Positions 13,944 through 26,006 of a DNA stretch of 64,000 nt are shown here, piece after piece. This DNA comes from Ranitomeya imitator. Taxonomy: Eukaryota. The stretch spans positions 698,678,001 through 698,742,000 of the forward strand of contig NC_091283.1 in NCBI RefSeq assembly GCF_032444005.1, given 5' to 3'. Under the pieces are notes generated by a model. The model was not told the origin of the DNA and searched no databases. It saw only the letters and a list, made by a program, of their open reading frames with translations. Numbering within the stretch: the first letter of the stretch is position 1; each line of letters opens with the position of its first letter. A program made the position numbers and the translations under genes.

Positions 13944-14180
13944 CTACTTCAGGACTGTATTTTCCTAAAAAATTCACTGGAAGTTTACACCTAGACCAGC
14001 CTGCTGGTTCCATGCTCTTACAAGTCCATGCACTGAGTGACCACCCGGGAGAGGTCCCACACTTCAGCCTCTGCAGGACCCTTCAAAATCCAAAGTACAT
14101 TCACTTTTTCCATGTGGATGGGCGAAGCGGAATCCTCTATCTCAATGAGACCTTAACCAGCGACTTCTTCAACGAACTCC
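13944..14180 (+). CDS. RET: RET exon 2 (CLD1)
   Basis: tcttcacag|CT ACT TCA GGA CTG TAT TTT ... GAA CTC C|gtaagt; (A)TSGLYFPKKFTGSLHLDQPAGSMLLQVHAL...GILYLNETL; 237 nt, phase 1-1. Confidence 0.95.
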
Positions 14181-14197
14181 GTAAGTGTAAATTGTAA

Positions 14198-14691
14198 CCA
14201 GGCCTGGCTGATTCTTCTCCATCATAGGGAGCTATCCAGGCCTGGCTGATTCTTCTCCATCATAGGGAGCTGTCCAGGCCTGGCTGATTCTTCTCCATCA
14301 TAGGGAGCTGTCCAGGCCTGGCTGATTCTTCTCCATCATAGGGAGCTGTCCAGGCCTGGCTGATTCTTCTCCATCATAGGGAGCTGTCCAGGCCTGGCTG
14401 ATTCTTCTCCATCATAGGGAGCTATCCAGGCCTGGCTGATTCTTCTCCATCATAGGGAGCTATCCAGGCCTGGCTGATTCTTCTCCATCATAGGGAGCTG
14501 TCCAGGCCTGGCTGATTCTTCTCCATCATAGGGAGCTGTCCAGGCCTGGCTGATTCTTCTCCATCATAGGGAGCTATCCAGGCCTGGCTGATTCTTCTCC
14601 ATCATAGGGAGCTATCCAGGCCTGGCTGATTCTTCTCCATCATAGGGAGCTATCCAGGCCTGGCTGATTCTTCTCCATCATAGGGAGCTAT
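14198..14691. repeat. Minisatellite, 13 x 38 bp
   Basis: Unit CCAGGCCTGGCTGATTCTTCTCCATCATAGGGAGCT(A/G)T. Only one position varies, in the order A G G G G A A G G A A A A. Confidence 0.99.
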
Positions 14692-15962
14692 GCAATGTGT
14701 TCGCCTTTCACTGCAGTCCCATAGACGGTGCATGCAGACTATGTCCAGAGCGCCCATTCATCTTGGAGAGGATGTTTCCTGTGCTCCAGAGTCCCTTGAT
14801 CCAGAAAACGTTTGTGGCTAGGGGAGAACTTACTTTTTTTTTTAATAACCCCTTAATATAACTTGTATATTAGTGTTACCTAATATCTGTTATGTGGATG
14901 TGTGCCGCCATGCTGTTTACTTTGGATGGGTTAAATTCCTAATGATTACTCCATTCCATTCACATGGCCGTTGTTTTCATATCATGTGCTTAAAGAAAAC
15001 TTTCTGGAGTGGAATTGAGGGGGAAAAATCCCTGAATTATTATTTTTTAATAAAGTGCTGGTCTGCGAGTCAATAAGAGTACAGCGATGATCATTTATTT
15101 AGTTTCAATACTTTTAAACTTGGAAAATGAATGGTGTATGTTGCCATAGCGTCTTTATTTCCCCATCAGTGGCGCTGTTAGAGGATTGCTGCTTTTTGCT
15201 GGATAAGCTGTAGTCGTTATCAGCACATGTATGGGCACCAGTAGTTTTTGATTGCTATTTTTTTATATAGGGAGGCAAGGTGACTGGAAAAAAAAAACAG
15301 CAATTTGGACCATTTCTTCCAATATTCATGGAAAAAAATTGCTGCCATCTGAGCTAGCTCCAATTACAGGTGGTCTCCGTTGTATAATTCTGCCTCTGAG
15401 CCCTCACCATACTTCATTAGCCACCATATGACATACATCATTGGCTGTTGAGGGAATTAATGTTTTTTGCCTGCTCCTTGCTGGATTATTTTCCATGTCT
15501 GTGTGTGACCTTGGCCTTGGTGACCTTGGTGTGACGCTGTAAATTCTCTGCACTTGCTAAATTGAGCTAATTGACCTGCAACCTTAGGACTTTTCTAGTC
15601 ATCACCATATACTTTTTTTCAGCTATGTCCTTTGATAATAAGTCAGTGGATTTTCATCAAAAAACAAAAGACCCTTTAAAGACCTTCATCCAGTGCCTCA
15701 CTGCCCCATCATGCCTGGCTGTCACATATTGGGTACATGTCCTATAAATTAGAATGTCTCCAATATCTGCCACCATGCCAGTGGCTCCTCTCAAGTTAAA
15801 GGTGTTTGATAACCCCTTCAGCATTGGAGAATTCATTAAACCAGCAAGACGGGTAATTTTAATGGTAACTTTATACATTTTTAAGCTTGTGCTTTGTTGA
15901 AACAGTTTGATAGATGGGATGGGATTATTCACTTTCATTGCTGTCCTCATTTATTTTTATAG

Positions 15963-16244
15963 GAAGCCTATCAATATACATATTACGATTCAAAGTAATG
16001 GTGTCTACTGCTGAAGATCAAGTCTGTGACAAGCCGCTGACATCTGCTGACATTAGCCTGTCACTTAAAGACTACAGAATCCCCAACTGCTCCGCGCTAC
16101 AACCCAAGGACTTGTGCTTCGGGGACCCTCAACTTTCTTTTCACATCAAAGAGAACCGACCACCGGGCAGATTCTTCCAGTTCTATCCATATGTCCCAGC
16201 TCATCAGTGTCCAAATATCAGTGTCGGCTACACCTTAATATTGG
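15963..16244 (+). CDS. RET: RET exon 3 (CLD1/CLD2)
   Basis: tttttatag|GA AGC CTA ... ATA TTG G|gtaatg; contains PNCSALQPKDLCF...IKENRPPG...CPNISVGY; 282 nt. Confidence 0.96.
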
Positions 16245-16586
16245 GTAATGACCATGCCTCCATTCCTGACCAGTGTGAAGACTTATGCATTTACAGAAGA
16301 ACATAATTCTGTTTTAGGACAGAGCCAATATCCTATACGGTATTACTGATCGGTGCCAGGAGAGGAGATGGGTCACTGTTTGCTTGTTAATCAGTCACTG
16401 ACACAAAAAATATAAATACCTTTTGATAGTTGATAACTCCCTTATTAATTAATACAAAGGAGATCTAATGTGAAAACTAAAAAACCTAAAACCTCATCCA
16501 TCTGAGAACCAGATCATTCACTTCAGATTGAAATCAGGGATCTGGATATTGACACCTTTTATGTAAAATAAGTCTGCGATCTTTAA

Positions 16587-16932
16587 GGCTATGTGCACAC
16601 GTTGCGGATTAGGCTTAGGAATTTCTGGTGCGGATTCTGCCTCTCCTGGCAGAAAACGCACCTGCGGTTCCGCAGCGTTTTTTGTGCGGTTCCGCAGCGT
16701 TTTTCGTGCCTTTTTGCTGCGGTTTTCTTTCGGATTTGCTGCGGTTTATACCCCTGCGGTTTTCTATAATGGAATGGGTACAAAAACGCTGCAGATTCAC
16801 AAAAAAGTGACATGCTACTTCTTTTAAACCGCAGCGTTGTGCATTGTACTGTAAATCAATTGCGGATCTGCAGCGTTTCTGCACCTCAAACGCTGTGGAT
16901 CCGCAGAGAATCCGCAAAGTGTGCACATACCC
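16587..16932. mobile_element. MITE (GGCTATGTGCACAC family)
   Basis: TTAA-GGCTATGTGCACACGTTGCGGA...TCCGCAAAGTGTGCACATACCC-TTAA. Confidence 0.9.
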
Positions 16933-17307
16933 TTAACCTTCATTAATTTTCAGACTCTGAAATGCAGGTAACATCCTGATCTTACAGTAGTATAAGATTT
17001 TTCTTTCGTGCCCACATTAATCATTTTAATTCTCCTTCCTCCTTTTTGTTTAAAAGGAACCTGTTATCAGGTTTTCCCAATACAACTAAAGCTTAACAGC
17101 TGCATTAAAGCAATCTGTGTCTAAGCCCCCAAACTCCCCTGCATATGCCATACACACCTTATATACTTCTGACATACAGTGCGATCCATCCATCTTTTTA
17201 CTTTTCTCTGCGCCTCAGTCCTCCTGGTACGATTGTAGCGACACAATTGTCCTGGCCTGCACTGCAGTAGACACTTCACTTCCAGGTTAATAGGTGTCGA
17301 CGCCGCT

Positions 17308-18205
17308 TCATTATTATTATTATTATTTATATAGCACCATTAATTCCACGGTGCTGTACATGAGAAAGGTGTTACATACAGGGTTATAGATATCGTTTAC
17401 AGTAAACAGGTTTACAGTGACAGACTGGTACAGAGGGGAGAGGACCCTGTCCTTGTGGATTTACATTCTATGGGATAGTGGGGAAGAGGCAGAAGGTAGG
17501 GGCGAGGCGGCGGCTCTGGCGATGGCGAGGCTGCGGCTCTGGCGATGGCGAGGCGGCAGAATGGTTATTGTAGGCTTTCTTGAAGAGATGGGTTTTCAGG
17601 TTGCGTCTGAAGGAGCCGAGGGTGGTGGATAGTTGGACGTGTTGAGGCATGGAATTCCAGAGGATGGGGATATTCGGGAGAAATCTTGGAGGCGGTTGTG
17701 TCAGGAACGAATAAGTGTGGAGAAGAGCAAGACAGAGTCGAGAGTTACCCCTAGGCAGCAGATTTCAGGTGCGGGAGAGAGCGTGATGTGATGCCGTTTA
17801 CCATAATAGATAGGTCAGGTAGGGGGGCTACGTGAGATGGGGGAAAGATGATGAGTTCGGTTTTGTCTACATTGAGTTTTAGGAAGCGAGAGGAGAAGGA
17901 GGATATGGCTGACACACTTCGGGATTCTGGACAGCAGAGAGGTGGCATCTGGGCCAGAGAGGTAGATCTGAGTGTCGTCCGCATACAGGTGGTACTGGAA
18001 GCCGTGGGACTTTGAGTTGTCCTAGGCCAAGAGAATAGATAGAAAAAAAGTAGGGGGCCTAGGACAGAGCCTTGAGGGACTTCAACAGAGAGAGGGCGGG
18101 ATGAGGAGGTGGTGTGGAAGTGGGAAACGCTAAATGTGCGGTCGGAAAGGTATGAGGCAATCCAGGACAGGGCAAGGTCTTTGATGCCAAGGGAAGAAAG
18201 GACTA
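17308..18205 (-). mobile_element. L2 LINE 3' fragment
   Basis: The minus strand encodes [34 protein letters not shown] and FRRNLKTHLF. The 3' end is an (AAT)n tail at about 17308. Confidence 0.92.
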
Positions 18206-18870
18206 GGTATAGATAGGACTAGGTAAGATAGGACTTTGCTCTCCTCTTACATACAGCTCAATGGACTGCGGTGATAGAACAGTTAGGCTCCTTTGAATCC
18301 CTATCTCTATCACTAAGAGCAGCTAGGGAGAGACCAGAGAGAGCTGGTGAAGCTCTGACAGTCAGATTTTGGAGAACAGTCAGCTAGATGAAGCAACAAA
18401 ATACTGGCAAATTTGTAATGCAGACTAAGAAAGTTGTAGCTGAACTGACTTGTGATAATAAAGTGTACTAATCTAGACTCTAATTGTTTTCTCAGTCTCC
18501 TTTTTAAATACCTTAGCCCCCTGAATATTCTGGTGCCCAAGCAGATCAAGCATAGTCCATCTTTGACCAGGCCATAGGTTTTTCCATTTTAAAAAGCTGC
18601 GTTTTGTGTCAAAATTAGCTGGGTACCATGTTCATTCAAGGCTAATCTCCAAGAAGAAGGCAAGGAAGGGACTGTGCTCCTGATACACAGGGTTATTGTG
18701 GCTCTTGGACTGAGGAGCAGGTAATGTTTAGACTTGTTGATTGTTGGAATGTGGAAGGTCCTTTTCCATGATTGCTCTTACAGCCTCTTAAAAATGACCG
18801 TTTATAGATCTGAATCCAGACATGTAATGGAATACACCCAATGTATAATTACTTTTCCTTTCCTATACAG

Positions 18871-19112
18871 ACCAACACCTCCCTTTCCAGTACAATCCTG
18901 TCACATCGGAAGTTGTCCTGCTAAATCCCTTGGACAGAGAAGAGAGGGAGCAGTATGATCTCGTAGTTGAATGCATTGTAAGAAACAGCACCACAGCGGT
19001 GGAGGTCATGGAGTCATTCCGGATCACGGTAGATGATGAAGATGACAGCCCTCCTTTCCTGCCAGATGGAACTAATACTGCAAATGTTACAGTAGAATAT
19101 GAAAGAAAGAAA
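18871..19112 (+). CDS. RET: RET exon 4 (CLD2, Ca-binding LDRE and DEDD motifs)
   Basis: cctatacag|AC CAA CAC ... AGA AAG AAA|gtacgt; LDREEREQYDLVVEC...VDDEDDSPP; 242 nt, same as human exon 4. Confidence 0.98.
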
Positions 19113-19984
19113 GTACGTGATTGTAAAATCTTTTAAAGAAGAACTCCAGCCCCGCTGTGGCAGTACATGATTCAGGGGCTCCTGAGACAAAATACTACTG
19201 TTATGTCTAGTGCAAGGCTAGCAGGGAAGGGGCATTAATTCTTTATTGAAATTGATTTCTTTTTGTTTTGTTTTTAGTTTATTTTGCATACTACAAATAT
19301 ATAAAACTGATGTAGCTTGTTTGCAATTTGTATTGTGGATTTCACAGTTAAAATCTACAACTAAATCTTTCACTATGTTTTAGAGTGCTTGTCACCAGGA
19401 CAAAAGATGTCAGTGTTTGCTCATATTTCACTCGCGCTATTGCTTGAGTAATCAGGGGGTTTTTTTGCTTTTTTTTTTTTTAATTTTTATATTTTTTTTT
19501 AATTCACCTTAAGGGCCTTTCTATTTGGTGCTAATTTCTATGATTTTTACCAAGGGGATGTTTCTTTAGGCTGATTTGCATTATAACCCTATGTGCAACA
19601 AGTTAAAAGCCCCATACCTCTGGAGCTGTATGACAAATTTATGCCAGAGTCACACTACCATAGAATACGGCCGAGTGCTATGCGAGAATGCATCACATAG
19701 CCCTCGGCCCAGTATTAATCTATGGGACAGCTCATATCAGCGTTTTTTTTTTATCTCGGGCATATTCGACATATGTATAAAATCTCAGCATGCTGCAATT
19801 GTATGCATATATCGCCCGAAACTCGCCAATGCAAGCCTATGACTGTGAGAAAAACTCAGATGCCACATGGACCATGCAAGTGCTGTCCAATTTTTACGCT
19901 CCAATGTCCTTTGAAAAGCTGGCAATTCATCTACCAACCAGAGTAAAACCACAGCGTGACAGGTTAGAATAGAATAGATGTATA

Positions 19985-20164
19985 CAGTACAGACCAAAAG
20001 TTTGGACACACCTTCTCATTTCAAGATTTTTCTGTATTTTCATGACTATGAAAATTGTATATTTACACTGAAGGCATCAAAATTATGAATTAACACATGT
20101 GGAATTATATACTTGACAAAAAGTGTGAAACAACTGAAAATGTCATATTCTAGGTTCTTCAAAG
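19985..20164. mobile_element. Solo TIR of the 27858-29401 Tc1 family
   Basis: TA|CAGTACAGACCAAAAGTTTGGACACACCTTCTC..., homologous to 27858-28035. Confidence 0.85.
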
Positions 20165-20235
20165 TAATATTTAAATTATCCTCCTCTATATTGATTCCCT
20201 TGCAGAGTTTATCATATGCAAATTTTGAAATTGTA

Positions 20236-21477
20236 CCTTATTTTTCAGACTATAAAACGCAACAGACCATAAGATGCACCTAGGTTTTTAGAGGAGGAAC
20301 TTGGGGAAAAAAACAAATTGAAGCAAAAAAAATGGTCAATTCTGATACACATGGCCCCTCATCCCCATTTTGATACACATGGCTTCTCATACCTATCCTG
20401 GTATGCATGATCCCATCCCAGTCCTGTTATGATTGGCCCCATCCTTATCCTGGTATGATTGGCCCCATCCCAGTCTTGGTATGACTAGCCCATCCTTATC
20501 ATGATATGATTGGCCCCATCCTTATCCTGGTTTGATTGGTCCCATCCTTTCTCTGGTATAAATGGCTCCATCCCGTTCGCGGTATGATTGGTACCATCCC
20601 TTTTTCTTTTATAATTGGCTCCATCCCGGTCCTGGTATGATTGGTTCCATCCTTATTCTGGTGTGATTGGTCCCATCCCATTCCTGGTATGCATGACCCC
20701 ATCAGAAAAGATTAAAAAAAAGAAACAAACCATTAAACTTACATTCCTCTGCTCCCTCGCAGTCGCAGCATCCTGCTTCGGTGCCAGCAGCTGCTTAATG
20801 CTAGTAAGCAGCGCATGGCAGGGACGTCATGCGCTGCTCACAAGCAGAGCATAGCTGCCGGAATACTCACTGAGACCGTTCATCGCAGAGAGCGGCGAGT
20901 ATCCATTCCTCTTCAGTAGCGCGCAGTGTCAGCCACTGACTTCCTGCTGCTGCGGCGATAACGTGTGCCGATACTTAAGACAAATGAATATTCTGAATAT
21001 TAATTTCTCTTAAGTATTGGCACACGTGACCGCCAGCAGCAGCAGGAAGGCTCCAGCTGACACTGCACACTACTGAAGAGGAATGGATACTCACCGCTCT
21101 CTGCAATGAACGGTCCCGGTGAGTATTCCAGCAGCTGCTCGCACTGAAGCAGGACACTGCGAGGGAGTGGAGGAAGGTAAGTGTAATGTGTTTTTTATTT
21201 TTTTTAATCTTTTCTGATTGGACCAGTCATAACAGGATGCCAGAAAGAAATGAATATTCATTGCCCTCCACTCCCATGGGCGTGGAATGCAGTGCATATT
21301 CATTTCTCTTTACCAGCAGGCACAGGAGTTAGCCAGAGCCGCTGGCTCCAGCCTCCTGTGACCCTTTGGTCTGCCGAAACCACTCCCCCACCTCAGCCAG
21401 AGCCCGAACATCCAGACCCCCCATTTTCCTCCACATTTTGGGAGAAAAAAGTGTGTCTTATAGTCCGAAAAATACAG
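20236..21477. mobile_element. Tc2-like non-autonomous element with an internal degenerate 26-28-bp tandem repeat (20340-20700)
   Basis: TA|CCTTATTTTTCAGACTATAA...TTATAGTCCGAAAAATACAG|TA; internal atgattggccccatcc units. Confidence 0.8.
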
Positions 21478-21701
21478 TACTGTGTCCTTTAAAATGTCTT
21501 TAATAAATATATTCATGGATGAACGCTCAATACAGACCCCTGTGGTACCCCAGTTATCTGTGTTTTCCATTAACTACCACCCTTACTTTCTATCATTGAG
21601 CCAGTTGTTAACCTAAATGCACATATTTTCTTAGTCCCACTGTTCCTATTTTGTGTGCCACACGTTTTGAAAAATCCAGACAGAGGACATCCACAGCCTT
21701 A

Positions 21702-21895
21702 GGCTGCCATCACACTAGCAGTATTTGGCCAGTATTTTACATCAGTATTTGTAGCCAAAACCAGGAGTGGAACAATTAGAGGAAAAGTATAATAGAAACA
21801 TATGCACCACTTCTGTATTTATCACCCACTCCTGGTTTTGGCTTGCAAATACTGATGTAAAATACTGACCAAATACTGATAGTGTGACGGCAGCC
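21702..21895. mobile_element. MITE with TTA target duplication
   Basis: TTA|GGCTGCCATCACACTA...TAGTGTGACGGCAGCC|TTA. Confidence 0.9.
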
Positions 21896-21898
21896 TTA

Positions 21899-22335
21899 GG
21901 GTACCGTCACACAGTGGCATTTTGATCGCTACGACTGCACGATCCGTGACGCTCCAGCATCGTAACAATATCGCTCCAGCGTCGTAGACTGCTGTCACAC
22001 TTTGCAATGTACGACGCTGGAGCGATAATTTCATGACGTATGTGCGATGTAGAAGCCGTTGGTTACTATGCGCACATCGTATACAATATCGTGCACACCT
22101 TTATTACACCATGCGATCATGCCGCCACAGCGGGACACTAGACGACGAAAGAAAGTTTCAAACGATCTGCTACGACGTACGATTCTCAGCGGGGTCCCTG
22201 ATCGCAGGAGCGTGTCAGACACAACGAGATCGCTGGAATGTCACGGATATATCGCTGGAACGTCACGGATATATCGCTGGAACGTCACAAATCGTGCCGT
22301 CGTAGCGATCAAAATGCCACTGTGTGACGGTACCC
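21899..22335. mobile_element. MITE (GGGTACCGTCACAC family), directly abutting the previous one
   Basis: TTA|GGGTACCGTCACACAGTGGCATTTTGATCGCTACGAC...GTCGTAGCGATCAAAATGCCACTGTGTGACGGTACCC|TAA. Confidence 0.9.
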
Positions 22336-23046
22336 TAACTCTCTTCTAGCCTGGAACTTGCCTCCTCCATAAAAGCTGATCAGATTAGTTTGAAAGGACA
22401 GATTCCTCATAGACTCATGATATTAGATGAAGGGGTTGTTTACTAGGATAGTGTCTCTTACGAAACCCTCAAAGATTTTGTATACAGTAGAGGTTAAATT
22501 TACTGGCCTAGAATTTCTAGAGATAATTTTTTACCTCTTTCAATATTGGCACCACATTTATTTGGTAGTCCTTTGTGTAGACACTGTAATTATGGAACAT
22601 TTAAACATTAGAAATCTGCCTATTACTGTACTTAATTCCAGCAGCACTTGGGGGGGGATGGGTGTATACCATCGGGACCTGTTAGTTTGTCTACTTTAGT
22701 GTTTGAGATGGTGCAATATTGTTGGGTTAAACAGGTGCTCTATATATTTATGGTTTCCCAGATCATATCATTTGTCTTGGGCAGATAATCGGAAAGCCTG
22801 TATCCATGTTTTATATTCATTCTGCCTTTTATTAATCCAATTGAAGAGCTTAAAAATATAGTAATGTAACCGTGGGTGAACACCCTTACTTTATTTTTGT
22901 CAATTGACTCATTGAAGTTCACTGATGTCTAGGTGATGTTGAATTTTCTGATCTAGACATATGAAATACAAACATGTTGCATGCTGGAAATGGCCTACAT
23001 CAATGACAGAGTAAAAAGTTTAATTTAATGTTTACTTCTTGCACAG

Positions 23047-23248
23047 GGTACCATTCTTGGGTCGCTGTTGGTCAATGATCTTGACACAACACCTGTCTAT
23101 CCAATAGACAATAGTCACAACAGATACACAGAAACCATCATCAACAATGAAACATTTGTACTAGAGAAATTCCAAATCAAGCACAGCCTCAAAGAGATAC
23201 AATTCAGGAGAAATGGCAGCACGGTTCGAGGAACAGTCCATGAATTTA
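23047..23248 (+). CDS. RET: RET exon 5 (CLD3)
   Basis: ttgcacag|GGT ACC ATT ... GAA TTT A|gtaaga; GTILGSLLVNDLDTTPVYP...NGSTVRGTVHEF; 202 nt. Confidence 0.96.
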
Positions 23249-23902
23249 GTAAGAAAAAAAATGTATACTATGTCAAACTGTTCAGTCCCCAAATTAAGAT
23301 CTTAGGTGCTGGCTCTCTATTGACGATGTGTTGAACTTCAAAGTCACATAGCTGATTCTAAGGATGAGCAGTGTACAGAGAGATCAGAGTTATCTTCCAT
23401 ACAAATGACTTCAATGGGGAGCTTGTGTAATGCAGTGCAAAACAATATGGCCACTATTGTAGCTTCCTAATGAGAGCTTTTTAATACTGATTGAGAAGTC
23501 TGCTCAGTCGCCATATCTAGGCACTCTGGGATGTAGTCTAAACTAGAGTCAATACAGGTTTTTTAATTTCTTAATATACTGGAAATAGTCATTGTCTCTT
23601 TTTATAACATCCTGTCAATAGATGTGCAGCATATGGGGATATGAATATATGCATGCACACTGTCCATATGGAAGAGAACTGTGGGTAAAATTGCTGCTCT
23701 GGATGGTCCTACTCTGGTTTTTAGCCATTTTAGAATATTTGAAGCCATGTCATACATTTGCTAATAGCCACTTTCTTCTTGACCCATTGTGTGCTCCCAT
23801 CATTGCATTCCAGGTTTAGGATTGTTGTCCTTGAAGCTTTGCATAGTTCCCAATACATGGCATTACTGGCACAATATAATGTTCTTGTTTCTTCTGTGGC
23901 AG

Positions 23903-24102
23903 AGCTCCTGCTGAACCAGAGTATTTCCATAAACAGAAATGCATCATATCAAGTGGTGGTTTTGGTGAAAGACGTTGAATACCCTCGTCCGGGTGGAGAG
24001 CTCAGGCTGTACTTCAATGTCACAATCAAGCCTGTTACAATTCGATTCTCTAATATAACGTACCAGTTCACGGTCAACTGTAATGCCAACCGCTATGCCC
24101 AG
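23903..24102 (+). CDS. RET: RET exon 6 (CLD3/CLD4)
   Basis: ttctgtggcag|AG CTC CTG ... TAT GCC CAG|gtaata; (K)LLLNQSISINRNASYQVVVLVKD...NRYAQ; 200 nt, same as human. Confidence 0.96.
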
Positions 24103-25183
24103 GTAATATTATTTTCCCATTTTCTGTTTATGAATTAATTACTGAGCAGCCTGTTTAATGTGGACCGGCAAATGACCCTCTATAGCCAGAGCCATAACTG
24201 GGTATAGCTATTAGGTAGAGTGTCCATAACGCAGATGTTACCGGACTCTCAAAACGTGTATTCGCTCTGTGCTAACAGAAGTGCTGCCATTCCTGCCACT
24301 GTTTTCATGCAAATTAATAATTCTACTGATCATATTTCTAAAAAATATCCCTTTTAGATGGATAACAATTTAAAGGGATTGTTCACCTTTTGGGGATTTT
24401 TTTTCAACTTAAATGCATGTAACTTTGGCTAAATAAATTTGGGTTGGATTTAATTAAAAATATTGCAGCTCTTGTCTTCTACAGCTGCTGTATTGCACTG
24501 TATGGGTGGCTGCAGAATGAGTTAACTGAGAATCCATCAGTCATGCCGCTATGATTGTCTGACATACAATTTCTAACTCCTTGTCTGTGGTTTTGTGAGC
24601 TCCTCATGGCTGAGCTGTGACCACAGGCCATATCCAATCTGAGTGTGCAGAGAAACGAAGAACCTGTGAAGGCCACATGATGCAACATTTGTAATGAAAC
24701 CCAATTGCAAAAATGATTTTTAGCCTGGTTTACATGAATTAAATGGAAACTTCCATTTGACTTTTGCTGCCCATGTGTGTATATCAGGAGAAACCTGACA
24801 ATCATCTAGAGGTGTGTAGAACAGCCGGCCCGGGGGCAGCGCTGTTCTATTCTTGTCTATCCCTATGGTCCGCAGCAGTCTCTTCAAACAATGAAGTATT
24901 TCAGATAAAAACATACCTGGCTGCAGTCATACAGACAGGGTCTGATTCATTGTGCCAGTGACTTGGGCATCTTGAATTAACTGGTTCGCTTCTAAGAAAA
25001 AAAAACAATAGTGTCCCCAAAGGTAGAAAACTCCTTTAAAACATGCCCATCATTTGTACAATACTCAGGTAATTTTTCCTGTCTCTGTTCCACTTGAGCA
25101 CTTATACAGGAATTTCTCACATCTATCACAGCTTGACATGTTCTGACGTTGTTTTATCCTAAATGTCTTTTTTTGTGATCCAG

Positions 25184-25463
25184 ATCGGAAGAGTATGCAT
25201 TGAAAACTGCTCACTGTTTAAAGGCGTCAATGTGATTTACACGCTTCTGGCTCCAAATACCACCCATGCCATTGACATTGTAAAGGAACCAGGGGAAATG
25301 TTTGCCACCCTCTTTGTTAATGATTCTAGTTCTTTGGCCAGCCATGATGGCCAGGTGATCATTTATACGCTTTTAGCCTCCAATGCACCAATCAAGGAGC
25401 CTTCCAAGACACAAGGCAACGAGACCTCCAAGACACAAGTAACTGTCATCATTGAAGGAACTT
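25184..25463 (+). CDS. RET: RET exon 7 (CLD4)
   Basis: gtgatccag|ATC GGA AGA GTA TGC ... GGA ACT T|gtaagt; IGRVCIENC...LFVND...VIIEGT; 280 nt. Confidence 0.97.
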
Positions 25464-26006
25464 GTAAGTGCCGTTATTCATTAAATGTAATGTACTGAAC
25501 AATAATGTATTCTAAAAGTAATAGTGCTTACATTTTTGTACATGCACTGCTGCCCAAAATTGCGTTGAGCACTTGAATCAAGATAAGTGAGAAAAGAGTT
25601 AATAAGGATATCGGCCATTTAAATGGACAACAAATATATGAAGGACATTGCTCATTGGAATTGCCCTGTTCATAAAACTGCTTGACAGGCAAATGGCATT
25701 TCAGTTTTACCCTTTGCATATTGAAAATGTTAGCAATACGTGTGCTCGGTTATTCCAACCTTCTTTTCTATAGATTCTATTAAATGACTTTTACATCACA
25801 AAAATATAAAATGACTTGTCATGAAAAGCCATACACATCCATGTTAAGAAGCAATATTGCTACTGCTTTAGAAAGCCCTGGTTATTAAAGAAATCGACTT
25901 CTCCAGCATAAAGTGTAACAAATCCCAAATATGCCAAAAAAGAAGGTTCAGCTCACCAATTTGCTGAAACTAGTCTCAACAGACTTGTCTTAAATAAATC
26001 GCTTAA

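Noticed and set aside
14198-14691. CRISPR-like array
   Set aside because: The units abut with no unique spacers, there are no cas genes, and the context is a vertebrate intron. It is a minisatellite.
23758-23902. Hydrophobic N-terminal extension of the ORF containing exon 6 (alternative acceptor at 23813)
   Set aside because: The acceptor at 23902 gives the 200-nt exon with the correct phase and homology; the extension is intronic read-through.
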